Shown piece after piece: positions 18,484 to 27,733 of a DNA stretch of 64,000 nt. Below the pieces are notes generated by a model that was not told the origin of the DNA, did no database searches, and saw nothing but the letters and a program-made list of their open reading frames with translations. Each line of letters opens with the position of its first letter. Within the stretch, counting starts at the first letter, position 1. The position numbers were made by a program, and so were the translations under genes. The stretch comes from Leptospirales bacterium (GTDB taxonomy: Bacteria > Spirochaetota > Leptospiria > Turneriellales > JAOUFE01), in the NCBI GenBank assembly GCA_040326155.1, contig JBEQLE010000008.1, positions 1 to 64,000 on the forward strand, given 5' to 3'.

Positions 18484-20361
18484 ATGGATCAAGATAAAAT
18501 CATAAAATTAATAGAAAAACTCAACGTCTACTCTCGTAAGCACCCCGGTAGATACAAACGGAAAGTGTGGAGACTGGCCGCAGCAGGTTATTTTTACCTG
18601 TTATTCATATTGGCTATCCTTGGTGCGCTTGTGGGTGCTTTTGCTTATTATTACTTATACACAGAAAGTCCAAAATTAACCACTCTGAAATTCTCTATAC
18701 CGGTTTTACTTTTATTCCTCGCCATTTTGAAAGCCGCCTGGATTCGGATACCGCCTCCCTGGGGACTGGAAGTAAACCTCGATGCTTTTCCACATTTGAA
18801 AAATGCGCTGGATGAAATCAAGAAACGTTTAAATGGTCCAAAAATTCACTCTGTAAAAATTACGGACGAATTTAACGCTGCAATTGTACAGACTCCCAGA
18901 CTTGGTATCTTAGGCTGGCAAAAAAATCACTTAATTCTAGGTCTGCCCATGGTTCAGTCACTGTCGATGGACGAGTTTAAAGCCGTTGTTGCTCACGAGT
19001 ATGGGCATTTGGCCGGCGCTCACGGTAAATTTGCCGCAAAGATATACCGTGTACGTGGAACATGGGCACGGTTGCATGAAGCCATTGGGGAAAGCCATAG
19101 TTGGAGTGGTTGGATTTTTAACGGTTTTATAAAACGGTTTGCGCCATATTTTAATATATATACATTTGTTCTTGCCCGTAGTAACGAATACGACGCGGAC
19201 GCCGCTTCGGCAGATATTGTAGGCGCTGAAACAACTGCCTCTTCGTTAATTCGTGTGGTAACAATGGGCGCTTTGTTTGAAAAATATTTCTGGAAATCTG
19301 TTTTCGACGAAGCTGCTTCATCTGAAGTTCCACCGGACGAAGTTTTAACACGCGTTCGCCCTTTCTTAGAAAAAATTGACAATGATAAATTAGTAAACAT
19401 GCGTAATCTGGCTATGATACAAGAGACCGGTTTTGACGATACCCACCCGGCACTAAAGGACCGCCTTAGCGCCCTTGGGTGTGATTTTCGAGAACCCCTT
19501 GCGGTTCATGTTTCAGCGGCGTCGCACTTTTTGGGGGAACAGGAAAAATCGATCAGCGATGCAATTTCTACAGCCTGGAAAAATCAGGTTGCCGATGGGT
19601 GGACTGAGCATCGGGAGAGTGTACTAAAAAACAAGCAAAAACTCTCCGAATTAAAAACCGAAGTCGAACAAGGCAAAGTAGCTCTAAAAGACTATTTAGA
19701 ATATGCATACTTGACAGAAGAGATGGAAGGGCCTGAGAAAGCTTTCGTTGTCTTTAAAAGTATTCTTGAAACCGAACCTGAGTCGGCCGATGCGTTGTTT
19801 CATATGGGGCGTATTTTAATGGATCAAGAGGATGATACCGGAATCGAGTATTTACAAAAAGCGGCTAAAGCAGACGAAGATCTTGAGATCCATGTGTACC
19901 CCCCGATACTGCAATACCTGACATTAAAAAACCGTCAAGATGAATTAAAAAGTTATAAAGAAAAATATGAAAAAGCTTTACTTCATGCGGAAAAAGTTCT
20001 ACAGGAAAAAGAGAGCCTTACCGGTGACAACGAGTTTGAGCCTCACAATCTTGAACAAGAGACAGTGCAAAGTTTGGCTACCCAGCTGCGAGAATTTCCT
20101 ACCATTGACAAAGCGTATGTGGTGCAAAAGAAATTACATTTAAGTAAAAAGCCTATCTATGTTATCGGCTTAACCAGAACAAGAATCGCTGGAATACTCG
20201 AGCATACGGATATCACGAATGAACGGGTGGTTCAAGGAGTGGTAAATACCCTTGATTTTGAAGGACAATTTGTTTGCGTTGTTATAGACTCAAATCGAGA
20301 TCCGCTTGGAAAAAGACTTCCAGAAATTCCCGACTCGTTCATTCTAAATGGTAAGCAGTAA
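18484..20361 (+). CDS. M48 (HtpX/Ste24-like) zinc metalloprotease with TPR-like C-terminus
   Basis: TM helices, FNAA, HEYGH, EYDAD, DTHP...R motifs. Confidence 0.88.
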   Translation: MDQDKIIKLIEKLNVYSRKHPGRYKRKVWRLAAAGYFYLLFILAILGALVGAFAYYYLYTESPKLTTLKFSIPVLLLFLAILKAAWIRIPPPWGLEVNLDAFPHLKNALDEIKKRLNGPKIHSVKITDEFNAAIVQTPRLGILGWQKNHLILGLPMVQSLSMDEFKAVVAHEYGHLAGAHGKFAAKIYRVRGTWARLHEAIGESHSWSGWIFNGFIKRFAPYFNIYTFVLARSNEYDADAASADIVGAETTASSLIRVVTMGALFEKYFWKSVFDEAASSEVPPDEVLTRVRPFLEKIDNDKLVNMRNLAMIQETGFDDTHPALKDRLSALGCDFREPLAVHVSAASHFLGEQEKSISDAISTAWKNQVADGWTEHRESVLKNKQKLSELKTEVEQGKVALKDYLEYAYLTEEMEGPEKAFVVFKSILETEPESADALFHMGRILMDQEDDTGIEYLQKAAKADEDLEIHVYPPILQYLTLKNRQDELKSYKEKYEKALLHAEKVLQEKESLTGDNEFEPHNLEQETVQSLATQLREFPTIDKAYVVQKKLHLSKKPIYVIGLTRTRIAGILEHTDITNERVVQGVVNTLDFEGQFVCVVIDSNRDPLGKRLPEIPDSFILNGKQ

Positions 20362-20525
20362 GTTACTTTTTTATTCATAAGAATATGACCAATTATTACC
20401 AATAATCGACACTGTTTGGCTATAAAGGTTCAACCAGAAACCAAGCGGTGGTTTAGGCCTGAAAAAGGTTTGACGATGGTGAAGCCAGGATAAAACATCA
20501 ATTTAAAATCATTCATCAATGGAGA

Positions 20526-21449
20526 ATGCATATGTCCCTTTATGGTCTATTTCAACGTAAAAGTCCGAACGGTTTCGGGTATAATACTACGGCTGAGGAG
20601 GTTACAAAAGACCTCTCTTTAAGCGGAAAAACAATTTTAATTACAGGGTGCAATTCGGGACTCGGTAAAGAGACAGCGCGTGTGCTTGCTAAACGCGGGG
20701 CTAAAGTTTTTGGAACAGCGCGAACATTAGAGAAGGCGCGTAACGCATGCGCTGAATTTGGCCAAAGCGCAGTTGGGCTTTCTTGCGAGCTGTCCGACCC
20801 GCAAAGTGTTCGCTCAGCAGTGAAGGAGATAAAAAATAAAGTTAAAAAACTCGACGTTATTATATGCAATGCAGGAATAATGGCTCTACCAAAACTCAAA
20901 CGTGCGCATGGCTATGAGCTACAATTTTTTACGAATCATATCGGGCATTTTATTCTCGTAACGGGACTTCTCGATCACCTTTCAGACAATGGGCGCGTGG
21001 TCATGTTAAGTAGCGCGGCCCACAAAGGTGCCCCGTCCGAAGGCATCCAATTTGACAATCTAGCCGGAGACGAGACATATACCCCCTGGAGCTCTTATGG
21101 GCAATCTAAGTTTGCTAATTTACTTTTTGCCAGAGAACTCGCACGGCGATTTGAAGACACAGACAAAGTTGCCATTGCCGTTCATCCCGGCGTCATAAAA
21201 ACAAACCTCGGTCGCCATATGAATTCGGTGGTTAATTTCGTGTTTGGTTTGATAGGCCCTTTGTTTTTAAAAAACATACCGCAAGGCGCAGCCACAGAGT
21301 GTTACGCAGCAGTCCACCCCGGCGCTGCCGAGCATTCGGGTTCTTACTTTGCCGATTGTAACCCGATTTCACCACGGTCCGACGCCAACAACATGGAGCT
21401 GGCTTCGAAGCTCTGGCAAAAGTCCGAAGAAATTGTGGCCGGTCTATAA
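20526..21449 (+). CDS. Short-chain dehydrogenase/reductase (retinol dehydrogenase/WWOX-like)
   Basis: TGCNSGLG, CNAGIMA, TNHIGHF, YGQSK, VHPGVIKTNL. Confidence 0.92.
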   Translation: MHMSLYGLFQRKSPNGFGYNTTAEEVTKDLSLSGKTILITGCNSGLGKETARVLAKRGAKVFGTARTLEKARNACAEFGQSAVGLSCELSDPQSVRSAVKEIKNKVKKLDVIICNAGIMALPKLKRAHGYELQFFTNHIGHFILVTGLLDHLSDNGRVVMLSSAAHKGAPSEGIQFDNLAGDETYTPWSSYGQSKFANLLFARELARRFEDTDKVAIAVHPGVIKTNLGRHMNSVVNFVFGLIGPLFLKNIPQGAATECYAAVHPGAAEHSGSYFADCNPISPRSDANNMELASKLWQKSEEIVAGL

Positions 21450-21450
21450 T

Positions 21451-21530
21451 ACGTCGGGGATAGCGGCGGCTCTTTATGGGGTCACATTGTGACCCTTTAA
21501 AAGCCAAAGCGAAGGGGCAGGCTTGCCCCT
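21451..21530 (+). repeat. Structured repeat family B, copy 1 (includes terminator-like hairpin 21512-21531)
   Basis: Its reverse complement shares TCGCTTTGGCTTTTAA and AAGAGCCGCCGCTA with 25123-25181; internal hairpin GGGTCACA-T-TGTGACCC. Confidence 0.7.
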
Positions 21531-21545
21531 TTTAAAATATTAAAA

Positions 21546-24500
21546 TCAAACTTTGTAATATTCGCAATCGGGATGATGGAATATTAAAGCACTGGTGCTT
21601 TGTTCAGGCATCATCTGCCATGCTTCAGTAAGACCAAGGCCAATATCTTCGGGTTTTAATATGTTGTAGAGTTTTTTCTGGTCGGAAAGTTCCGGGCAGG
21701 CGGGGTAACCAAAAGAGTAACGAAGGCCGCGCTTCGGTGCAAGACCCCACTCCTTAATTACTTCTCTGTGAATATATTCGGCTAACGCCTCGGCCATCTG
21801 GGTTGAAAAACCTGCGAACAGATATGATTTTTCCAACTCGCCTTTATCTTGCAATTCGTTAATAATGTCGGCAGAAATTTGACCGGCGGTAACGGCGCTA
21901 AGTGCAAGGTAGTCCTCTTTGTCGGGGGCGATATAGTCGGCGAGAGAGATTCCGTCTTTTCCGCTTTGGCGAGGAAAGTCGAAAGTTTCCAACGGGTTAT
22001 CTTTTTCGTCAAATAGTGATATGGAATTTTTTTCTGATCGGGCTTTGTAAAAACCGTAAACGAGGTCAAGACTCATCCAATTGTTTTTCTGAGCCTCTTC
22101 GGCCAGTTCGTATAAACGAGGTCTAAAGATCTCTTCAATTTGTTTTTTAAACTCGTCGCCTTTACTGCGCACTCCCCATTTAAATCGAAACAGGTTTTGT
22201 TGATCGATTAACGAAAAAACAGATTCAAAGTCGGCGCCTTTTATAATTTTTCTTCCCAGAAAAGGAGGGGCGTCTACCGGGGATGGTTTTATTTTCGCGC
22301 TTCGAACAGTAGAAACTTCAACAATTTTTTCGACCTTTTTAGCAGAGTGAGCGGCCAGGGCTTTTTCTTTATTGTCTTTTACGATGGCGGTTTTAGCAGC
22401 CGGGTCAACGAAGTCGTTGGCGATGTTTAAACCCTCAAAGGCGTCTTTCGCATAAAAGACTCCCGGCTCGTAGTAGTTTTCTTTATCGGGAAAAGCAATC
22501 TGGTAGGAATATTTTCGGTTGATGGCGGCGCCCCCTACTATGACGGGAAAATCGAGCGAGGCTTTTTGTAACTCTTCGACACAAATTCCCATCTGTTTTG
22601 AAGTAGAAACCAGAAGGGCCGAAAGACCGATGGCAATAGCGTTTTCTTTTTTCGCCGCTTCTATAATCGTCTGAACCGGAACCTGTTTGCCAAGATCAAT
22701 AATAGTAAAACCATTATTCGATAATATTGTTTTTACGAGGTTTTTTCCAATGTCGTGAACGTCCCCGTAAACGGTGGCAAGAACAATGGTCCCTTTCGCG
22801 GCGCTTTCAGCTTTGTCGAGAAATTGTTCAACGTGAGAGACAGCTCGTTTCATCACTTCGGCGGATTGTAAAACAAAAGGTAGAATCAACTCACCCGATC
22901 CAAATTTTTCGCCGACCTCTTTCATTGCTGGCAGTAAAACTTCGTTGATAGTTTGAACGGCTGTTTTGTCTTTTAAAATTTCATCCAGGGGCGCCTCAAT
23001 CTCTTCGGGTATTCGATTCACTATTTGAAAACGAACTTTTTCTAAAGGTGGCATTTTTTTGAGCGCGGCTTTGGTGTCTTCTTTGCTGGCCCCTTTTATC
23101 GCTTTGCGGCTTTCAAAATAAGTGATGAATTCAGCAAGGGCGCTTTCATGCTTGTAAAAAATAAGATCTTCACAGATTTTTTTATCTTTGTCTGTAAGCT
23201 GAGAATAAGGGACAATGTCTTTAGGATTCAAAATCGCGGTATCTAAACCATACTGTACGGCGTGGTAGAGAAAAACCGAATTCAAAACTTTTCTCGCCGG
23301 GGGCGCAAAACCAAAAGAGATGTTGGATAGTCCAAGCGTAGTTAACACACCGGGCAAATCTTTCTTTAAAGTTTTTATGGCATCTAACGTGGCAATCGCC
23401 GATTTGTTATATTTTTCTTCACCGGTTGCAAGTGTAAACGTAAGACAGTCAAAAAGTATATCATGGGGTTTAAGTCCGTACTCTTTTGTAACTATTTCGT
23501 GAATTCTGTGTGCAACTTCGAGTTTCCACTCTACTGTGTCGGCCATCCCCTTTTCGTCGATGGTTAAAGCGACAACTGCGGTGCCGAACTTTTTAACCAA
23601 AGGCATAATGGATGCGATTCGACTGGTTCCATCGCCTTCGAGGTTAATGGAATTTACAACAGGTCGACCGGGGCAAACTTTAAGGGCGGCTTCTATGACG
23701 TCGGCTTCGGTAGAGTCGATCATTAAAGGGGAGGCAACCGAGTTGCTCAGTATATTGACAAGTTTTCCCATCGCCTGAACTTCATCGTCCACTTCATTGG
23801 ACGCGAGGCAAAGGTCGAGTATATGGGCTCCGCCCTCTTCCTGGTTTCTAGCCAGAGTAAGCATCGCCTCAAGATCGCCGGCGTTTCGAAGCTCTTTCAT
23901 TTTGCGGGAGCCTTGTGCATTTAGTCTTTCGCCGATCAGCATAGGGGCCGGCTCTTGTATCAAAGAAACTGCGGTCATGGCAGAAGCGACAGACGGGAGT
24001 TTTTCAGGCGCGGGTGTACGAGGCGTTACATCGGGATTATCATCGATAATTTTTTTCAGGGCGCGTATGTGGTCGGGGCTTGTTCCGCAACACCCACCGG
24101 TTATATGCAGTCCAAAATCTTTTACAAAAGAAAAAATCTGTTCGGCGAACTCTTGTGGATCCATTTTATACACTGCGTGTCCATCTTCGTTCACCGGCAT
24201 TCCAGCGTTGGGGATAGCCGAGATTGGTTTCGAGGAGTTCTCGCATAGATAACGAACGGACTCTCGCATTTCGGGAGGACCGGTAGAACAGTTTAGCCCT
24301 ATAATATCAACAGGTAATGGTTCTAGAATTGCAAGGGCGGCTTTTATGTCGGTCCCCAGAAGCATTCTTCCGGTGGTATCCAGGGTAACCTGGGCTTGTA
24401 TAAGTACATCGTTTGCATCGGGTATAAGTCCATCCGTGTGGGCTTTTTTCCTGGCGGCGTCGGCTCCGGCAACGGCGGCTTTCACTTCGAGAATATCCTG

Positions 24501-24998
24501 TGAGGTCTCAATTAAAATTCCATCTACCCCACCCTCTATAAGCAGGTAAGATTGCTCTGTAAAAATATCAAAAAGTTCGTCATAGCTTATGGCAGAGAGA
24601 GCTTCGTCAGTCGAAGAAGGCAACATCCCGGTAGGTCCAAGCGAGCCAAATACAAAGCGAGGTTGCTCGGGCGTCGAGAACTCATCGGCGACTTTCCGTG
24701 CAATACGCGCGGCAGAAATATTATGCTCTTTTACCGTGTCTAAGTCGTACTCTTCGAGCTTGAGTCGGTTGGCGCCAAAAGTATTGGTTTCGATGACATC
24801 GGCCCCGGCCCCTAAGTAGTCACGGTAAATATCTTCAATAACATCCGGCCGGGTAATGACCAGGTGATCGTTGGCCCCTTCCAGTTTATCGCTCCCAAAA
24901 TCAGCAGGGCCGAGATTGCATTTTTGTATTTGAGTCCCCATGGCCCCGTCAAATACAATGGTACGTTTTTTAATAATTTCGCGGAATTTTTTAGACAT
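21546..24998 (-). CDS. metH: Cobalamin-dependent methionine synthase
   Basis: DGAMGT, NCSTGP, GGCCGT (homocysteine/Zn domain), IGERLNAQGS pterin domain, GDVHDIGKN B12 motif, RYSFGYPACP; start MSKKF (24998) or TTG (25013). Confidence 0.97.
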   Translation of the reverse strand: MSKKFREIIKKRTIVFDGAMGTQIQKCNLGPADFGSDKLEGANDHLVITRPDVIEDIYRDYLGAGADVIETNTFGANRLKLEEYDLDTVKEHNISAARIARKVADEFSTPEQPRFVFGSLGPTGMLPSSTDEALSAISYDELFDIFTEQSYLLIEGGVDGILIETSQDILEVKAAVAGADAARKKAHTDGLIPDANDVLIQAQVTLDTTGRMLLGTDIKAALAILEPLPVDIIGLNCSTGPPEMRESVRYLCENSSKPISAIPNAGMPVNEDGHAVYKMDPQEFAEQIFSFVKDFGLHITGGCCGTSPDHIRALKKIIDDNPDVTPRTPAPEKLPSVASAMTAVSLIQEPAPMLIGERLNAQGSRKMKELRNAGDLEAMLTLARNQEEGGAHILDLCLASNEVDDEVQAMGKLVNILSNSVASPLMIDSTEADVIEAALKVCPGRPVVNSINLEGDGTSRIASIMPLVKKFGTAVVALTIDEKGMADTVEWKLEVAHRIHEIVTKEYGLKPHDILFDCLTFTLATGEEKYNKSAIATLDAIKTLKKDLPGVLTTLGLSNISFGFAPPARKVLNSVFLYHAVQYGLDTAILNPKDIVPYSQLTDKDKKICEDLIFYKHESALAEFITYFESRKAIKGASKEDTKAALKKMPPLEKVRFQIVNRIPEEIEAPLDEILKDKTAVQTINEVLLPAMKEVGEKFGSGELILPFVLQSAEVMKRAVSHVEQFLDKAESAAKGTIVLATVYGDVHDIGKNLVKTILSNNGFTIIDLGKQVPVQTIIEAAKKENAIAIGLSALLVSTSKQMGICVEELQKASLDFPVIVGGAAINRKYSYQIAFPDKENYYEPGVFYAKDAFEGLNIANDFVDPAAKTAIVKDNKEKALAAHSAKKVEKIVEVSTVRSAKIKPSPVDAPPFLGRKIIKGADFESVFSLIDQQNLFRFKWGVRSKGDEFKKQIEEIFRPRLYELAEEAQKNNWMSLDLVYGFYKARSEKNSISLFDEKDNPLETFDFPRQSGKDGISLADYIAPDKEDYLALSAVTAGQISADIINELQDKGELEKSYLFAGFSTQMAEALAEYIHREVIKEWGLAPKRGLRYSFGYPACPELSDQKKLYNILKPEDIGLGLTEAWQMMPEQSTSALIFHHPDCEYYKV

Positions 24999-25035
24999 AG
25001 TCAATTCTGCCAAACAGAACTAACCCGTCAAGCAT

Positions 25036-25061
25036 TATCGATACATCTAAGTGTATCGATA
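25036..25061. promoter_or_regulatory. Inverted repeat adjoining the putative metH -35 box
   Basis: TATCGATACA-N6-TGTATCGATA next to TTGACG (25031-25026). Confidence 0.45.
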
Positions 25062-25122
25062 TAGGGTAAATATAATCGGATGGGGAAATTCAGACCTAAT
25101 GAGAGCGCGTATAGTCGATTTT

Positions 25123-25181
25123 CCCCTCGCTTTGGCTTTTAAGCAGGGCCGTAGCCCTGCCCTAAGAGCCGCCGCTACCCC
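25123..25181 (-). repeat. Structured repeat family B, copy 2
   Basis: Flanks as copy 1, different internal hairpin GCAGGGC-cgta-GCCCTGC. Confidence 0.7.
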
Positions 25182-25339
25182 TTTTATATTGTTGTAGCGT
25201 TCAAACAGAGAAGTATTGGTACTTTTAATATAATTTCAGCGCAATGTACACATAGCTCCGCTCTGGGTTAAAAATGGTTATTCAATATGGTCTACTTATG
25301 CAGCCAGTTTCTCTGGAAACAACGCTTCTACAGGCAAGA

Positions 25340-25951
25340 CTACCAATATTCACTATCGGGAAAATGTCTTAAGTGAATGTTTTTGTGCGGGGGGCTTATG
25401 ATGGGTAAATCGACATCTCTATACAGCTTAATCCCCAGCCAGTAAAACGCCAGCCGATGAAACCTGCTCACCCTCCCGAGCGACAGCCTCTCCAGCTCAT
25501 CCAAATTCCATTCAAGCGCCAGACGCACCAGATGAGACATCGTAAAATTCAGCCTGCCTGAAGTAAGCCGAATAAAAAACTCATCGCGACCATACAGACA
25601 GAGTTTATGCCGGTGCAAATCTTCAACCTTATTGTTTCCCGCATAAATGTGTTGCTTAGCACGTTCGCTGAGTTCTTCGAATTTTTCCCCTGCCCTGCCC
25701 GAACACCCCTGTTGGCCAAAACCTTCGCCCATTTGCCGCTTAAGTAAGCGAAACACACAGTACCGAACAACCCACGAGTAACTCTTTTTCTTCAGGTCGG
25801 CAATTCGGACGATTTTTTCCCAGGTTTCCTGGTTCAAGTGAATTTCCAATATATGATCAGGAGTAACACGAACCTTCCAGAATGGTTTATTCTTGTTTAA
25901 CATATTCATGTAATAGGGCAAATTGCCGTTTTTTTTCACAAAAAGGTGCAA
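25340..25951 (-). CDS. Hypothetical protein with two ribbon-helix-helix-like segments
   Basis: EIHLNQETWEKIVRIADLKKKSYSWVVRYCVFRLL and HKLCLYGRDEFFIRLTSGRLNFTMSHLVRLALEW; start uncertain. Confidence 0.6.
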   Translation of the reverse strand: MHLFVKKNGNLPYYMNMLNKNKPFWKVRVTPDHILEIHLNQETWEKIVRIADLKKKSYSWVVRYCVFRLLKRQMGEGFGQQGCSGRAGEKFEELSERAKQHIYAGNNKVEDLHRHKLCLYGRDEFFIRLTSGRLNFTMSHLVRLALEWNLDELERLSLGRVSRFHRLAFYWLGIKLYRDVDLPIISPPHKNIHLRHFPDSEYW

Positions 25952-25967
25952 AAATTAGAAAATATTT

Positions 25968-26046
25968 ATGAACATGTTCATTTTTACTTGACGCCCCAAT
26001 ATAAATTACCTACATTAAATATATAAAAGTGAACACGTTCACTTTT
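25968..26046 (+). promoter_or_regulatory. sigma70 promoter bracketed by two palindromic TetR-type operators
   Basis: ATGAACATGTTCAT (25968-25981); TTGACG-N17-TACATT (25988-26016); AAAAGTGAAC-ac-GTTCACTTTT (26025-26046). Confidence 0.7.
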
Positions 26047-26075
26047 GACAACAACAAACCAAAAAGGAGAATATC

Positions 26076-27032
26076 ATGAAAGGGAATTTAAAAAACAAAC
26101 ACACAGTCACCGGAGCCTTTGGATACTCAGGACAATATATAGCGCTCAGACTCTTAGCAAATGGTCACGAGGTAAACACACTGACTGACTCACAGCAAAG
26201 ACAATCGCCTTTAAACGGCAAAATCGAATCAAGCGGTTTTCACTTCGACGAACCGGAAAAACTGGTAAACTACCTGAAAAACACAAAGGTACTTTACAAC
26301 AACTACTGGGTCAGGTTTAACCATAAAACTTTCACCCACGAAGAAGCCGTACAAAACTCATTTACACTGATCGACGCGGCAAAAAAAGCCGGGGTCGAAA
26401 AGGTTGTACACATCAGCATAACCAACCCATCGCTCGACTCAGACCTGGAATATTTTCATGGCAAAGCCAGAATAGAAGAAAAACTGAAAAACTCGGGACT
26501 CTCTTATTGCATCTTGCGACCAGCCGTAATATTCGGGGGCAGCGATATACTCATCAACAACATCGCCTGGGTCGCCCGACACTTTCCCATATTCCCACTT
26601 TTCGGGAACGGAAATTACAAACTACAACCTATTCATGTCGACGACCTTGCAAAAATCGCCGTAGAAAAAGGAACAGGAAAAACGAACGAGACATTCAACG
26701 TAATCGGTGAAGAGACCTACACATATAAAAAACTCATCGAAACCATATGTCACGCCCTCGGAAAAAAACGACTCATTTTCCCAGCCCCGGCCTATGCCGG
26801 ATACCTGGCAGGAAAAATAATCGGAGCTTTTACAAAAGATGTGATGATAACAAAAGAAGAGATCAAAGGGTTAACCGCAGGCTTATTGTACGTCAACCCC
26901 AAAGAGCCCTGCATAAAAGGAGAAACCAGTTTACAGGAATATGTTGACAAAAACTGGCAGACAATAGGTAATGCTTACGCATCAGAAATTAAAAGAAGGA
27001 TACAAAGAAAACCAGGATATGGGCAACTATAA
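26076..27032 (+). CDS. Atypical SDR / NAD(P)-dependent epimerase-like protein
   Basis: VTGAFGYSG, YFHGKA, ILRPAVIFG, LQPIHVDDLA. Confidence 0.88.
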   Translation: MKGNLKNKHTVTGAFGYSGQYIALRLLANGHEVNTLTDSQQRQSPLNGKIESSGFHFDEPEKLVNYLKNTKVLYNNYWVRFNHKTFTHEEAVQNSFTLIDAAKKAGVEKVVHISITNPSLDSDLEYFHGKARIEEKLKNSGLSYCILRPAVIFGGSDILINNIAWVARHFPIFPLFGNGNYKLQPIHVDDLAKIAVEKGTGKTNETFNVIGEETYTYKKLIETICHALGKKRLIFPAPAYAGYLAGKIIGAFTKDVMITKEEIKGLTAGLLYVNPKEPCIKGETSLQEYVDKNWQTIGNAYASEIKRRIQRKPGYGQL

Positions 27033-27699
27033 AAAAAGTGAACAAACAAAAGCGATCGTGATGGAAACAGCGCTGGAGCTTTTTCGAGCCGAAGGTTTTG
27101 CCGAAACGACAATGAGACAGATTGCTAAAAAAGCCGGCATCGCCCTCGGAACGATTTATATATATTTCAAATCAAAAGAAGAACTTGTATTAGAATACTA
27201 CCAGAAAGTGCAACAAGAACTACTTCTTCAAACGAGCGTCGACACACAAAAAAAACCCTATCGACTTGAGGTCGGGTTGAAAGACTTTTTTTACCTGCAA
27301 TTTAAAATGCTCGAAAAAGATAAAAAGTTTCTATCAGCCCTGGCGTCTGCGGCGGCAACACCCGACAACCCCGTATCGCCATTTGGCAAAGAGAGTAAAC
27401 ATATTCGCAAGCTACATATGGAAATGCTTAAAAAGATTGTAGACAATTCGAAAACAAAAATACACCCCAAAGTACAAAAAGAGCTGCCGGAACTTCTCTG
27501 GTTTTTACAAATGGGGTTAATCTTTTTCTGGGTTCATGACAAATCAAAAGAGTCTGTAAAATCAATCGAGATGACAGATACAACCGTAGAACTAATCGGG
27601 ACATTCCTGAAAATACACAACAAACCCTTTGCCTCCGGCCTTCGAAATTCTTTATTAAAAATTATAAAAAACCTGGTATCTATTGTAGACGAAACATAG
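27019..27699 (+). CDS. TetR-family transcriptional regulator
   Basis: GFAETTMRQIAKKAGIALGTIYIYFKSKEEL HTH; start MGNYKK overlapping the upstream gene end. Confidence 0.92.
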   Translation: MGNYKKSEQTKAIVMETALELFRAEGFAETTMRQIAKKAGIALGTIYIYFKSKEELVLEYYQKVQQELLLQTSVDTQKKPYRLEVGLKDFFYLQFKMLEKDKKFLSALASAAATPDNPVSPFGKESKHIRKLHMEMLKKIVDNSKTKIHPKVQKELPELLWFLQMGLIFFWVHDKSKESVKSIEMTDTTVELIGTFLKIHNKPFASGLRNSLLKIIKNLVSIVDET

Positions 27700-27733
27700 A
27701 CAGAAAGAGAATAAAAGCAAAAAAAAACAAAAA

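Noticed and set aside
25014..25340. SAM or cobalamin riboswitch upstream of metH
   Set aside because: No recognisable consensus; the structured part is repeat family B.
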